DNA of 63,859 nucleotides, counting the filler, from Choristocarpus tenellus KU-1152 (Eukaryota > Protista > Phaeophyceae), in assembly GCA_964200185.2 (NCBI GenBank). It is 11 parts of 11 records of this genome, joined end to end, with 100 filler letters (N's around TTAATTAATTAA, not from the genome) between each part and the next. Parts side by side here need not be neighbours in the genome. Positions count along the whole stretch, not along the records: positions 24,445 to 29,445 come from CAXNAD020012215.1; positions 29,546 to 39,331 come from CAXNAD020003394.1; 9 more parts are not named here. One strand, 5' to 3'. Below the pieces are notes generated by a model. The model had not been told where the DNA came from. It was given only the letters and a program-made list of their open reading frames with translations, and made no database searches. A program made the translations under genes and the position numbers. This document shows, piece after piece, positions 26,681 to 39,331 of this stretch (positions within the stretch are counted from its first letter, which is position 1; every line of letters begins with the position of its first letter).

Positions 26681-27845
26681 TGAGCTCTGGGCTATTCCTG
26701 GGACCACCCTGAGATCCAGGATCCTGAAAATCCGTGTATTACGTTTTTAGGAAGTTGTAAATCCGATTATATCCGTACTTACAATTTTTTTAAATACAAA
26801 TCATATACTTAATTGATATTGTACGTTTCCAATGTACCGAAACCAATTTTGTTTGAGCTCCGGGCTATCCGTGGGACCACCCTGAGATCCATGATCCTGA
26901 AAATCCGTGCATTAGAGTTTTCGGAAGTTGTAACTCCGATTATATCCGTACTTACAATTTTTTTTAATACAAAGCACATACTTCATTGATCTTGTACGTT
27001 TCCAATGCTCAGAAACCAAAAGGTAAAAAAAAAACTGGCTCCCTCTAATGAGCCAAAGTATCTTAGAGGGTAGAGCCGTGTCCGTTTGGGGACCAAAATC
27101 CAATGTTGCGATTTTGATGTAATTTTGGCTATCGTGTTTGTTAGGAAGTGTCAATATCCATATTCTGGACACACCTTTTCGTAATGTACACATTTTACCT
27201 ACTCTGAACCACTTTGGAAGTAGGAAAATGTCATAAAAGAACCCATCAGAAGCCAAGCCCCAAATGGACAAACAGGGCAAAACTCATACCCTCTAAGATA
27301 CTTTCACTCTAATTTTTTGAAGTACAAAATCTTAAATTGTTGGACATTTGCATTCTTCTAAATACTAGAGACGACAAAATGCGGTTCTTTGGGTTTAGCG
27401 GATCCGGATCCGCTAAACCCTTGAACACCCAAAACACGTGCACTAGGATTTTTAGAAAAAGTAAATCCAGTAATAACCGTTCTTGCTATTTCTGAAAATA
27501 CTAAGCACGCACTTTATGGGTCTCATACGTTTCCAATTTCCATAACCTAAAAGGTCACTTCGAACTGGTACCCACAATTTATTTAAATACTAAAACCGCT
27601 TTTTGGCGACTTTAGGATTCTTAAAAATAGTAGAGACGACAAAAAAACGGATCTAGTGTTTTAAAGATCCGATCTGATCTTCTAAACCCTTGAAGACCCA
27701 AAACACGTGCGTTAGGGTTTTTACGAAATAATAATAATATTCTAATCTTTACATCAACAAATAAAAATACAAACCACATCCTTAATTGATCCAATACGTT
27801 TGAAACGTACGAAACGAAAAGGTTACAAAAAACTGTTACTCTCTG
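26681..27845 (+). repeat. Imperfect tandem array of four related units (173 bp, then ~267 bp), interrupted by a MITE, containing a 30-bp palindrome
   Basis: TACGTTT(CC/GA)AA anchors at about 26822, 26995, 27526 and 27795; GAGACGACAAAA at 27368/27633; CTAAACCCTTGAA at 27413/27682; perfect palindrome at 27391-27420. Confidence 0.85.
27050..27309. mobile_element. MITE family A, copy 4
   Basis: Full TIRs; TAAT/TAAT target duplication; inserted in unit 2 of the repeat array. Confidence 0.93.
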
Positions 27846-28102
27846 TCTCTTTCCAATACGAAATTGTATGCTGTTCGATATTCGTATTTTTTATAACACA
27901 ATTGTCAACGGAAAGACGAATCTGAGTTTTGAGGACCAACCGACCAGATGAAATAAAGCAGCACCTCCCATTCCTCAGTCCTCATTTCAATTCCTTCCTT
28001 TCCGTACATACCACGCGCACCTGTTATTTATCGATCCCCGTTACACCCTCCCAACCTTCGCCATGTCTAGCATTCACTCAACAACAACCCACCCGCCCGC
28101 CG

Positions 28103-29162
28103 ATGGCGCTGCCCACGGATCGAGAACGTGAGACAGCAATCTGAAGGGCATGTCCTCGCTCCTAGAATATCAATACCTCGGCATGTACCGGATGAAACTC
28201 GGCAACATCACATGCACGGAGAAGGTGCATCCCCTGAGCGAGCGTGGCCTTGCGCGTGTCAGCAAGTCTATCCACAAGAAAGGTTGGCTGGAGCAGTTTG
28301 TTCCATCTGTCGTCATCCAACAAGACTCTTTAGGTAATGGGGACCAGCTCACCGCCGAAACTGCGCTTGCCATTGAAGGACATACACTGGACGGAAACCA
28401 TAGAATAACGGTGCGGAAGAGAGAGTTTGATCCCGAACGCGCTTTCATGATGCGGGTCTACATGGAGTTCAACCAAGCAGAAGAGAGGCTAATTGTCAAC
28501 GGCGGGTGATGGAGTGTTGTCATTGTTGCATGATCGCCTGATGACTCTTCTGATGTACGAAGTTGTTGCCGAGTTTCCTTTGTTTGCTTCATCATCAGTC
28601 GGCCCATTGAGGATCTTTTTGTTGTTGATCTTTTTTATCCCTCATGGTTTTTCTGTCCACAGCAACATGTGGCTCACTACTGCATGCTGCGTGTGTCCCG
28701 CGACCGCTTCCCACCTACCCCTTGTCCCATTCACCCACTGCACCGCCACGCTTATAGCATTCAACGACGCGACCGAGAGTGTGGTTAAGCGCACGCTTTA
28801 CGATAAGATATATTTTCAGCACGAGCTCGAAGAAGCTATCAAGCGACAGAGGAAGAAAAAAGATGTGTCACTAGTAGAGATCCGCAAAAGAGTGAAAGTA
28901 TCTTAGAGGGTACAAGTTTTGCCCTGTTTGTCCATTGGGGGCTTGACTGCCCATGGGTTCTTCTATAACAATTTCCTTCTCCAGAATAGTTCGGAGTAGG
29001 TAAAGTGTGTACATTACGAAAAGATGTGTCCGGAACAGGGATATTGACACTTCCTAACAAACACGATAACCAAAATTACATCAAAATCGCAACATTGGAT
29101 TTTGGTCTCCAAATGGACACGGCTCTACCCTCCAACATACTTTGGCTCAAATGTACAAAAAG
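28103..29162 (+). pseudogene. Spliced ParB/Sulfiredoxin-like domain gene, disrupted
   Basis: Exon 1 ~28103-28501 (probable frameshift near 28141): ..VHPLSERGLARVSKSIHKKGWL..PSVVI..LDGNHRITV..EERLIVN. Exon 2 28758-29162: AFNDATESVVKRTLYDKI.., interrupted by MITE copy 5. The 'L..SI...G.l.P..V....DG.HR' pattern is the ParB/Srx signature. Confidence 0.72.
28890..29148. mobile_element. MITE family A, copy 5 (inserted in the ParB-like exon)
   Basis: Full TIRs; AAA/AAA duplication; removing it restores ..EIRKMYKK|gtgag. Confidence 0.92.
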
Positions 29163-29401
29163 GTGAGGGAGTTGTCAACGTTGGTGGGATGGTGGCGCTC
29201 TACTCCTCCTCTAGTTGGGTTACAGCTGTTGTGAAATCTCTCTGTGTCCTCCTATTCAATCCAAGTTGAGATAGTTATCCCGCGTTTAGGAACCCTGTCA
29301 ACCAACTTATTGATTTTTGGGTGACCATATATTATATGCGTGGTTAACCACAGACGTACAATAAAAAGCGTCCTTGTTTGTTTTATTGACGGTGTTGCCT
29401 G

Positions 29402-29445
<44 letters not shown>

Positions 29446-29986
29446 NNNNNNNNNNNNNNNNNNNNNNNNNNNNNNNNNNNNNNNNNNNNTTAATTAATTA
29501 ANNNNNNNNNNNNNNNNNNNNNNNNNNNNNNNNNNNNNNNNNNNNCCCCCCCCCCCCCCCCCCCCCCCCCCCCAGATACTTTGAGCCAAATCAACTTTCT
29601 CAATTCAATCTTAGCACTGCATCCATAGAAATAAGTGTGAATTGCGAAAGATAATAAAAGTGTCTTGAAATGCAAAGCGACAATACCCTGGATACCTCTT
29701 CTTTGCTTTGTTCCGCGCACAACAATAGAACTGCTCATTGCCCATTGTATGAAGGGGAAAGGTTGCATCTCTACCAGTATTCCTCCCGTGTTGTATTGAA
29801 TCACCAGTTTTGTATTGCTAGATGTGTATAGACAAGAAGCTGGTATATTCTATGCAATGGATTTTTCTCACGACTTAACATTGTTGAGACTGCATTGTGG
29901 TACATTGTAAGAAAATACTTCCCTGATAGTGTAACGTATTATATTTACGCCAATACTCCTACCCTGGTACAATCCCAATCCAACAG

Positions 29987-32900
29987 AGGAGGTTTTGGCA
30001 TAATCTGCGTTTAATTCGAACCGGGCATGAATGGGACCTCTATCGTCACTATACCTGGTAGTAAGTACTGCTGCCTGTGATGCTGGTGGGGAGACCTCAA
30101 CCAGAATCAGTTCATAATTGTTGAGTTATTTGCTGCCCTTGGTACCCACTTCGCTAAAACAATTGAAGTTGCCACCATTCTGTTCTATGGTGACCAGATA
30201 CCCCCTGCTTTTATGTCCAACTGGATTGTGTCACGTGCGTTTGCATTCGTTTCCTTGCCATATGCTGAGTTACTTTTTTTCCCACCAAGAACCTTCTTCG
30301 GAAAATCCCCAATTTTGTGTGGTGTCGGGATGTGACTTAGGCACTTCTCCCGACCCATGGAAGAATTCAACTGCCCAGATGAGCCGCAAGAGGACTACCC
30401 CAGGGGATATCCTATAATGGACGTAATCAAGAACTGGAATCCCAACAATGTATCCTTCATACCGCCGAATATTTTCCTTTCCACATGCAGGTGCGGAATC
30501 AAAGATAGGATAGACAGTTCAGAATTGGGACGAATGGTTTGCTTGTAGAGTCAGCGCTGTTGTAGGTACAAGCAACAAGATCTGTTGCACTGTCTGTTGG
30601 TGTAGTTGGTGTATGCTGAGCGGTGGGCAAGGTATTATATAACTTTGTTATGCAAGATGTTTTGCACTTGGTACAAGTAGCATACGCATGTGAGCTTAGG
30701 GCCAAGGTGATGCCACTGGACCTCATTTTCTCTAGTCAGGCTCAGACAAAAGTTTGTTAGCATCAACCGCTTGGTCGCTCATATATATGCTCCCTTCTTG
30801 ACGTTTGCTACACCTTTCTCCGCCCTGCCCTTCATGGTGTTACTAGTTGTTTTGATGGACGTAAGTATTGATGACATTGTGTTTATTGGGTGGAGAGTAT
30901 CACATCGACATTATTGTTTTCTCAACGAGATATTTGATAACTAATCCTAAACTCGTATCTATTGTGGCCCTTACTTCTATCAAGGGATAATGGTAGTACA
31001 CTGTGTGTGCAGTTCCATCCTTCATTTATCATGTTACAAAATTACCCATGTAAGCCCTCCAAGTGAGTTTGATGATCTATTGGGGGAAGTCAAGCTTACC
31101 GACATGTTTGTTACCATTTATTTGTTTTTGTGTTGAAACCAATCCCCCCCTGTAACATGGAATGGGGAAGTAGGTTGGATGGGCACATGTTTGGGGGCCC
31201 CTCTGCATTGATTCCAGCATCACCTCTTATGCAGGGTAGTAATATCTTTGGGAGGTGGAAACAACGACAGTATAGCAGGAACGTGAGCGCCAAATTATCA
31301 ATCGAAATATTTGTGTTTTTGCTGGAAGGATCTTTGCTATGTTCAAATTTCACCTATTCTGCTGGAGCTACTATTTATCTTTTCTGCCCCACATCGCAAA
31401 CAAAAAGAAGCTCTGGAGCGCTCAGGGTTAATGCCCAGCTTTCTCGTGCCAGACAACGCTTCACGCACAGAAGAAAGGGCTTCGAACAGTATGGGGGCAG
31501 GGTTGTGGCTTGTTTCCTCTTCGGAATTTCTCTGTCCTACTTGGATATTAAATCATCCTACGTCCATTTCTTTGTAGGCAGCATATACTAACCCCCCCAA
31601 AAAACAGGTATTCGGCATTACTCCCTCCACCCCCTTCCTTGTTGAGATCCTAGATCATATTTCCCATTTCGAAACTATCCATTCCTCCATGCTTTGCCCA
31701 GTACCCAGTCCCTGAGATATTTCAAAATTGTTGACTGCAGATTTGACTACCAGCATGAATTGGAAAAGGCCACCACATACCAAGAGGCAGAGAAGGTAAA
31801 GGGCTCTGCAACAATGCACGGCATAGTAATACTTGTAGGAATAGAATGCAAAGCATAGGCATATTATTTTCTTGAGGAGGCTTGGCCTGACGTATTTGCT
31901 ACTCTGGAGTATTGTGGTTGTGTCTATTTTTTTTTAAATAACCGAAGGAATGGTTGAGGTAAGAAACGAGAGAGTCAATTGGGTACTTACTGTAGTGTTG
32001 AAGCTTTGCAAATGGTGATAGTGGCAAGGTGTGTCACAGCTAGAACAGGGTGGGCTTGCCATCAGAGTGAGGACTCCTCGTTCAAGCACACATATCGTGG
32101 TAACGTAGTAAGGCAAGTATGACTCATTCCGACACTATAGTACATCGATGTGAGGTGTTTCTAACTATGGCTGAAGAAAGATGCTGTCGGTCATGCCAAC
32201 AGGATGCTATGTTGTTTAATTCACCTTGCAGATTGTTAGGCTCTACAGGATTGGTGAGAAGGGTATTGAAGTCATGGGGAAGAGTCATGGCAAGGGTTGA
32301 TGAAGTTGAACAGGATTAATGTTGTTCCCATCTGCAAATTGATTGTTTGCTTTGTGCTCAATGTTGAAAAGAGGGGGAAAGACTTGTGTTTCTATCGACT
32401 TGAAAAACGAATCAGGTCATATCAAATAGAAACACTTGAAGAATGCTATCCAGTGCTGTTCTTGAAGAGTGTGGAGAGGACATTATACATTTTTTTGCCA
32501 ATTTGTTTCGTAACGTTTAGTGATGGATATCATTCCTCCTGTCCATGCTACAGCCTTTGATAACCTGTCAAGACCCCATGGTTGGACACAGGGAATGGGG
32601 AGTGGGTGCAATCCTGATCCTGCCCTGATGTCTCCCTACAAGTTACTGGGGAGTATCATAAAGTGGTTTAGAAGGGACCATACCCTAGTATCATCATTTC
32701 CCTAACGAATCATAACGCCCCCCCCCTCTTTCTCTATGCTCCCCACAGCCCTTCATCCTGTACAACATTCCATCGTTGGACGAGGTAGTGCAGAGGTGGA
32801 GCAAGCCTGTGTATGTAGACAAGATGCTGGGAGGAAATAGGAAATATGTGGCAGAACACTCAACAAGCAATCACTTCATGTACTTCAGCATCAACGCCGA

Positions 32901-35900
32901 ACCGGTAAATTTTTTGGGGCTGTGGTAATTTGTACTTCAACAGCAACTGTTCGTCCGTGTACATATATCTACTATAATCAATTGATGCCCTTGTGCTCGT
33001 TCTTTTCCTCCCTCGATTGCTCTATTACAGCAACAGGCCAGAAACAGCACACTTTATGCTTTGCCATGTCAAGTTATATTTTTCTTAATCTTGTATGACG
33101 ATTACCTAGGAAATTGACTCTCCTATTTCCATAACCTAACACTCTCCCCTCAGAGGCCTTTTACGACAAAAATAAATGCATCTGTACACCTTTTTCCGGT
33201 TTAATGCGCTAGGGTACCACCAAAAATACAACAGACTCTAAGGGCAATGCCGTGGTTTGGAGTCCTCCAACGGAGAGTGTGGACCTCTCGTACAGGGAGT
33301 GGCTGAAGCTAGCTAAGAGCCTCGCACAAGGAGGCAGGAAGGATCTCGCAGAAGAAGAACATTGGTACTTTAGAGTGGATGACACTGATAACTCGGTGAG
33401 GGATGGCAATGAACGGGTAATAATTACTCCAATATCTTGATTATACTAATTTCGGTCAATGCTCCGTAACAGTAACATGTCGCTGTGACATGGTTTTAAT
33501 ACATGGTAGATGTAATTTCCTACTTCCTCCTTGGCGGAGAGTGCTAGGTTCAGCTATATCGACATCCCCTGTTCACTAATTCAAGTACGGAGTAGTTCAC
33601 TGGCATTGTTTTAATTTTGTCGCTTCTTCCACAAGGATGTGAAGAACGAAATTTTACCTTCCATGATTGGTTGCCATGAGCTTCAATAATTTGTCTTGAA
33701 AAGCCTACAGTCGAGGGATAAATGGTTACGAGTTTAACCCGAAGGTAGTCATTGTACCCCTTACTATTTAGGGGTCTAGACCTCTAGCATTCTGCTGGAA
33801 GTTCGATTACGGGTAAGGCCTTCGTTTCAAGTACAACACTTCGTCCTTGTCTATGCCGAAGGTTAAACAAGCAGTGCCCAAGTCTTGTCGCAATGGTTTC
33901 TCCCTATCTAATGATCTCGATTAGTTCTGTTACTATAACATTTTTGAATCACACCGCACCAAATTGCTAGTACAACTAATGCAACATGGTTGAGAGTATT
34001 TTTATACTTTGACTTAGTCCTATTATAGCGTTATACTTTCTTCAAGGGGGGTGAGGGGGGGCGTTGAGAGTTTAAGATCCCTGCAAATACAATTTGGCAC
34101 GTCTGTATTCTTCTAGTAGTCTGTTGGATGATATCACGCCTATTTCAGCAAACAGTCCTCTTTTACACCGTCACAGCACGAGAATGGGGAGTCAGCTGTG
34201 TTTGAGGCATTGAAAATTGATTGAAATACAAGAGATTTCAAAATATCAACCAGGGCTTACATTGAACTCCTGGCGATTCTAACATTCTGTCAAACAGGGG
34301 CGACTCACCAGACTTAAAAATATACCGTACATGTGTGAAAGACTCTGATCCGCCTAACGCTCATCTTGTATGCACAGGTGATCCGCGATGAGTTGAAGAT
34401 CTTCCAGCAGCCTGATAAAAGGAATTTCACGAAGGGAAATATATTTCTCAAGAAACCTGAGGGAGATGGAATCCACTGCCGGTTTGGCATGCCGGGTGTG
34501 AGTGACACATTGTTGTGAAGTACTCTTATCGAGCAGTTAGCAAGGATGGGAAGAAGAAGTTACTGTATGAAATCGCTTGGAGAGAAGGGTGCCATCGTGA
34601 GATCTACCAAGACAACATGTTGCATTCTATATATGGAAAATGTTATGCCTTTACCCAGCAAGTGACCACCACATCTCACAGAGGATTCTGGTATATTTCA
34701 TTATGGCGTTCAGGGACAGATAGCTCGAGGTATCGACCATTTGCTGAGGTAGACCCTCCAGAAATATGGTGTCTCCAGCTGAACAAGTCCCACCTCTATT
34801 CCAGAGTGAAAGTATCTTAAGAGGGCAAGAGTTTTACCCTGTTTGTCCATTTAGGGCTTGACTTCCCATGGGGATTTTTATGACATTTTCCTACTCCAAA
34901 ATGTTTAGGAGTAGGTAAAGTGTGTACGTTATGAAAAGGTGTGTCCGAAACATAGATATTGACACTTCCTTACAAACACCATAGCCAAATTACATCAAAA
35001 TCGAAAATATGATTTTGATCCCCAACTGGACGCGGCTCTACCCTCTAAGATACTTTGACTCTCCATGATCCTTGATGGACACGTGCTTGCTACATCTAGG
35101 TCATTGCTGAACCGCATTATGATGGCAGCCGAAACATGGTGGCCCTTGTATCGGGTGCGAGGAGATGGATCATGGCTCACCCCAATCAGTGCTCTTCAAT
35201 GTATCTGCTACCGCCAGAGCACCCCTCAGGAAGGCACAGTGAAGTTGACTGGGGAGAACCAGACCTACACAAGTTCCCCAACTTCCCTGATGTGAGAATT
35301 GGAGACAACCTGTGGTTAGGTTTGAAGCTGCCTTGTTTTTATTTTGGTCAGTATCAACGTTTTGTTTGGCTCTATTGTGTTGTTAAGTATAGAGACTAGA
35401 AGAAGGTATTCCGCTAGTATAGAAAAAATGTGTAGGGAAGTTACTCTTGAGGGGAAGTTGTGGTGGTAATTAGTATTGGTTAGTTTAAGTTGTCCTAGAT
35501 ACCTCGATTTCATACCTTCTCTTTGTAGTGTTTAAAATGTGCATGTCAGCAAAACATACTGGTTTGTCATTGCCGCTTCTACATACCTACATATCATCAA
35601 AAATATATACTGGTTGTATGGTAGACACTCTCTCTTGCGTAACTACTGTCCCTGCATCTGGTGTCTGTGTTGAACACTCTTTTAATATCTATATTGACGT
35701 TTGACATGCACTGTTGAGGTTTGTACGATTTACATATAAACCTCGATTAGTATGTGTATCACATCACAAATATGTACGATATGGAAAAATAGGTAGAACT
35801 CTCATAAGTACGTAGGTGAAGAGTTTGGGTGCTACATCACCTTCAAACGTTTCACCCCTGTTGTCAGCTCATCAGGCCTGTCCCCTCCCTTTATCGCTCT

Positions 35901-37042
35901 CCTCCTTCACACGACCTGTAGATATTAGTATCAGAGATTCTTCTGCGAGCAGGAGAGGTATTGTATGTCCCGACATACTGGTTCCACTACATCATCAACA
36001 TAGGTGTCAACGCTCAATGTAACAGGTAACACATGACGTGTGTGCGTGTAGGAGTCAGTCAAGGTGCATACCAGTTGCTGCTCGAGGATTTTGATTCAAG
36101 CTTATGCTTGCTTGTTCTGCATATAAATATGTTTGGTGTATTTCTTACAACAGAATGCATACGCCCATGTAGTAACTACTACTTCGAGTATGACACACTT
36201 GTAGGGCGACAATGTGGATGGATGTGATCATATTAGGTGGTTGTACAGACAACGCACGTAGAGCTAAAGTATCTTAGAGGGTACGAGCTTTTCGTTGTTT
36301 GTCCATTTGGGGCTTGGCTTCCCATGGGTTTTTTTTATGACATTTTCCTACTCCAAAATGTTTAGGAGTAGGCAAAATGTATATGTTATGAAAAGGTTGG
36401 CCGGAACAAGGATATTGACACTTCCTTACAAACATGATAGCCAAAATCACATCAAAATCGTATCAATGGATGCTGGCCCCCAAATGGACGCGGCCTTACC
36501 CTCTAAGATACTTTGGGTCGTAGCTTGATCAATATCGGAAATGATAAATTCTAGCCCTTCAGACATGCAACAAACGGCATCATGGCATGGGTTCATTCCT
36601 CTCCTCTCGTCGGAGAATACCGGGTGCACACAGTGTTGAAAAATGTCGCAGTCACTGGACTCCACGTGTTCGGGCATACTGCAAATCGTGAAACCAATAC
36701 AACAACCACTGCTATATCCATGATAGACTTAGACTACCAAGCTTGGTTGGGTGAAGTAGTTTATTACCCTCTGCTAACATTTCGATCTCTGCATCAGTGA
36801 GAATTAAATATTTCTCAAAAAAATGCCCTGATCGCTCTTTAGTATAGGAGGCTCCGACTTCTCCCGTAATCATTGTGGTTGCTCTCTCTGACCTGGTATC
36901 TCTTTCCATGGCCCAATCCAACCTCTAATTTTGAGTGCTTGTCAGCCGATCAGGAGTTTCGACTGAGTACAAGCCGTTTATTGACGCCTGCGGATTTGGG
37001 TCTGGTACCAAATGGGCTTCTGAGCTTGAGGGTAATAACTAG
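29987..37042 (+). CDS. JmjC/cupin-like 2-oxoglutarate-Fe(II) oxygenase (5' end missing or uncertain)
   Basis: Phase-consistent exons 29987-30057 (tentative), 30341-30490, 31741-31795, 32749-32904, 33213-33395, 34378-34497, 35100-35291, 35922-36025, 36946-37042. They give ..GIHCRFGMPGVIAEPHYDGSRNMVALVSGARRWIMAHP..HPSGRHSEVDW..LRAGEVLYVPTYWFHYI..QCNSRSG..FIDACGF. The HxD...H iron triad is intact. Confidence 0.9.
34804..35061. mobile_element. MITE family A, copy 6 (intronic)
   Basis: Full TIRs; TCCA/TCCA duplication; ends 38 nt before a splice acceptor. Confidence 0.92.
36261..36519. mobile_element. MITE family A, copy 7 (intronic)
   Basis: Full TIRs; GTA/GTA duplication. Confidence 0.9.
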
Positions 37043-38955
37043 TGTGCCTGTTGCTGCTCCAGGACAGGTCCAAGGTGGACATTACTTCTAGGGTAAGATT
37101 ACCTCCTTCATCTCATTCTCATGGAGCAGGTTGTCTCTTTGAGACACTTCACCCGACTCTATCAGAGGAGCACAATAGTTTTTCCAACTTGTGTTGCTAA
37201 CAATATTGCTGTACGGTGTTTGCATACTTTTTCAAGTGTATAGATCAACAATCCCTTTTTGTTGTTGGATTTTGGCATACAAAATTGACACAATTTGGTG
37301 TCTCACTCTCCAACATTGGTATCCCTTGCTTCACAGGTATCCCAGAGTAATCAGTGTCACCACTGCTACAGTCGGGGCATAATAAACACTGCTCTGTGAC
37401 GATACCTGTAGAGAGAGAGGGTATAAATAATGTATTGGCCTTACCCTTTTTTACTTTTTGTTTGTTAAGCTCCTACGTTGCAGAGGACTTGACATAGCAT
37501 TTTTCTGATAGCCACAAAGCAGAGATAGAGTATACTATGATGTTGGAGTCTGCAGTTGTGATAGATTTTGTGTTCCGAATGTACTGTACGGCATGCAGAA
37601 GGAAGTAAACATAACAGCCATATATAATCAGCATAGTGGTTCGATTCTTTGACATGTTATCACATGAAGGCGGTTTCGGAAGGGAGATAGGCATCACAAA
37701 TAGCTTAGTACTCCCTTTCGGGATAAATGTATGTGTTTTCGACTATGTCGACTGAAGGTTATAGGTATTGGAATAGAAGGTAGATATGCCACCTAACTCT
37801 GTAGGAACGTACAGACAGTTCCGAATGTGTTTAATTTACATAATTGTATGGTTGAAACTGTACGGTTGTAATGATGACACTGAGAACGGGTCTTAAATTT
37901 GAGATCGGGATATCGTTTGCAGCAGCAGTTCGATTCCTATCAAGGGATCGGTTAGTACCAGATTATAGCTCATGTTGAAGTTTTGAGAAGTTGATGCGAA
38001 AGTGCTGGAAGCTATCCTAATTCTGAATATCTGGATGTGTTGTTTGTGTGGTGGACTTTCCATGCATTATATTTATTTTATGTGCCACATGAGTTGTCTT
38101 AGATATTGATTCAAGTTCGTTTAATTCATTTTTATCTTCGTAACTGAACCATCAGTTGTATCTCGTACAATGTTTCTCTTTTTTTCTTTGGTTGGCTTTG
38201 TCCCTACTTAGACACTGAACTCAGTCTGCACCAAGAGTTCCATATGCACACTGGATTATATATATTCAGAGTTAAAAACCATCCATGAACTCCTTCACAA
38301 GGTGACAAGCCTCTGCACAGAGCATGTATCTCTTCCGTTGAATACACCAAGGAATACCCAGTTGCACTGTAGCATTTAACCTATGACTCTGCAGAACATG
38401 TCACAAGGTTCAGCAACATGAATTTATCAGTGCTTCACTGCACTATGACATCCCTTCACTCCAAATGGCCCGACACTTTACGAGAAAGCACGATTCATTC
38501 AGTCCAAAGTTTCAACAAGAGTGGCGTAGTATTCCTCTGGTTCAAGGGGCGTCCCACAGGAAAGAAGGCACAAAGGTTGAGGGTTAGTTGGGAGGTAAAT
38601 GATCGGTTTCGGTGGAATGGGAGAGGTCGAGGTTAAGGGTGTAAATGAAACCTCTCGATATTGGAGTGTAGAACGGATGTGAGATGAAGACAGGATGCGT
38701 TTTTTTTTTTCTTTCGACAATTATCAATATGTTGAGAAAATCAATGCTCACGGAGATTATTTTGTTCTAGTGTGGACTTACGTGGAGGAGATTGTTGTCG
38801 TGTGTGCGCGTGTGCTTAGTCCATGTGCCTGTGTTCGTCAGTGATTTTCTTCCGATGGTAGTTGTCATGTTGGGAGGCGATATAGTGTCTGCTGCACACA
38901 TACACCATAAACGAAAATGATCAAAATGTTTCCCAGAAGAGTACCTCGACACTGG

Positions 38956-39331
38956 CACCCGTTGTGGTGTGTGGAACCATGTATCCGTGTTTGATACACT
39001 AGTGATCGATGGAGTTGTGTATGATGGAGGGTAGTGCAGTGGTGTTATGAGAAGGTGTACTATGGGAACCGGTTCTAGCAATCAGCTTTCAACATTTCAA
39101 TGAACGGTATATGAGTCCACCACGAGGGCACTACAAAATGCTACACCCGTTGTGGTGTGTGGAACCGTGTATCCGTGTTTGATACACTAGTGATCGATGG
39201 AGTTGTGTATGATGGAGGGTAGTGCAGTGGTATTATGAGAAGGTGTACTATGGGAACCGGTTCTAGCAATCAGCTTTCAACATTTCAATGAACGGTATAT
39301 GAGTCCACCACGAGGGCACTACAAAATGCTA
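38956..39331 (+). repeat. 188-bp tandem duplication running into the contig end
   Basis: Units 38956-39143 and 39144-39331 are near-identical (two substitutions noticed). Confidence 0.92.

Noticed and set aside
32020-32480. Possible Copia RNase H relic (..HIDV..) in a JmjC intron
   Set aside because: Only a few residues match; not supportable without a profile search.
36173-36227. Alternative last exon for the JmjC gene (..RQCGWM*)
   Set aside because: Exon 36946-37042 (SRSG..FIDACGF) has the right phase and fits the family C-terminus better.
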